From the NCBI GenBank assembly GCA_048498775.1, contig JBEHXI010000001.1, positions 48,485 to 112,484 on the forward strand: a stretch of DNA of 64,000 bases, written 5' to 3'. Made by a program: the position numbers and the translations under genes. This DNA is from Actinomycetota bacterium. GTDB taxonomy: Bacteria > Actinomycetota > Actinomycetes > Streptomycetales > Streptomycetaceae. A model generated the notes under the pieces. It was not told where the DNA came from, ran no database searches, and was given only the letters and a program-made list of their open reading frames with translations. This document shows, piece after piece, positions 63,922 through 64,000 of the stretch. Numbering within the stretch: position 1 is the stretch's first letter; each line of letters starts with the position of its first letter.

Positions 63922-64000
63922 TCACGTCCTCGTGGTGAGCAGGTGGTGGGCGGTGCCCCCGGCGATCGCGGCGCGGACCCGCGGGGGCAGCCCGGCCGCG
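63922..64000 (-). CDS. 3' end of an upstream gene (partial, unidentified)
   Basis: Open frame reading ...LPPRVRAAIAGGTAHHLLTTRT, with TGA at 63922-63924, 1 nt before the cyclase ATG. It runs off the window. Confidence 0.4.
   Translation of the reverse strand, partial: AAGLPPRVRAAIAGGTAHHLLTTRT

Noticed and set aside
1-64000. tRNA, rRNA or tmRNA genes.
   Set aside because: I scanned the longer intergenic regions for T-loop-like GGTTCGAATCC-type sequences and cloverleaf-sized units and found none.

Overview
The window is about 72% GC with very high third-position GC, typical of a Streptomyces-like actinobacterial chromosome arm. It is densely coded: I support about 60 protein genes on both strands. 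I found no rRNA, tRNA, CRISPR array or intact mobile element.

Content is mostly accessory metabolism, transport and regulation:
- pntAB transhydrogenase and a CaCA antiporter.
- An APC permease, GntR regulator and Cache-like protein, next to a PucR regulator with a CoA-transferase and glutaryl-CoA dehydrogenase.
- An NlpC/P60 hydrolase behind a ydaO-type c-di-AMP riboswitch.
- A carotenoid-cleavage oxygenase and a hemerythrin protein flanking a composite palindromic control region.
- A fused pectinesterase/polygalacturonase.
- A second PucR regulator with an NCS1 permease.
- Two tandem GAF-ANTAR regulators.
- A Ser/Thr kinase.
- A tightly coupled cyclase, FAD-oxidase and FAH operon with a LysR regulator.

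The most unusual locus is a 942-aa secreted protein at 29642-32470. It joins SLT-like and amidase_2 peptidoglycan-hydrolase domains to two tandem bulb-type (MMBL, LlpA-like) lectin domains, with all six QxDxNxVxY motifs intact.

All family assignments come from reading the translations for motifs; no searches were run. Start codons are less certain than stop codons. Many long Arg/Pro/Gly-rich ORFs in the track are shadow frames and were rejected.
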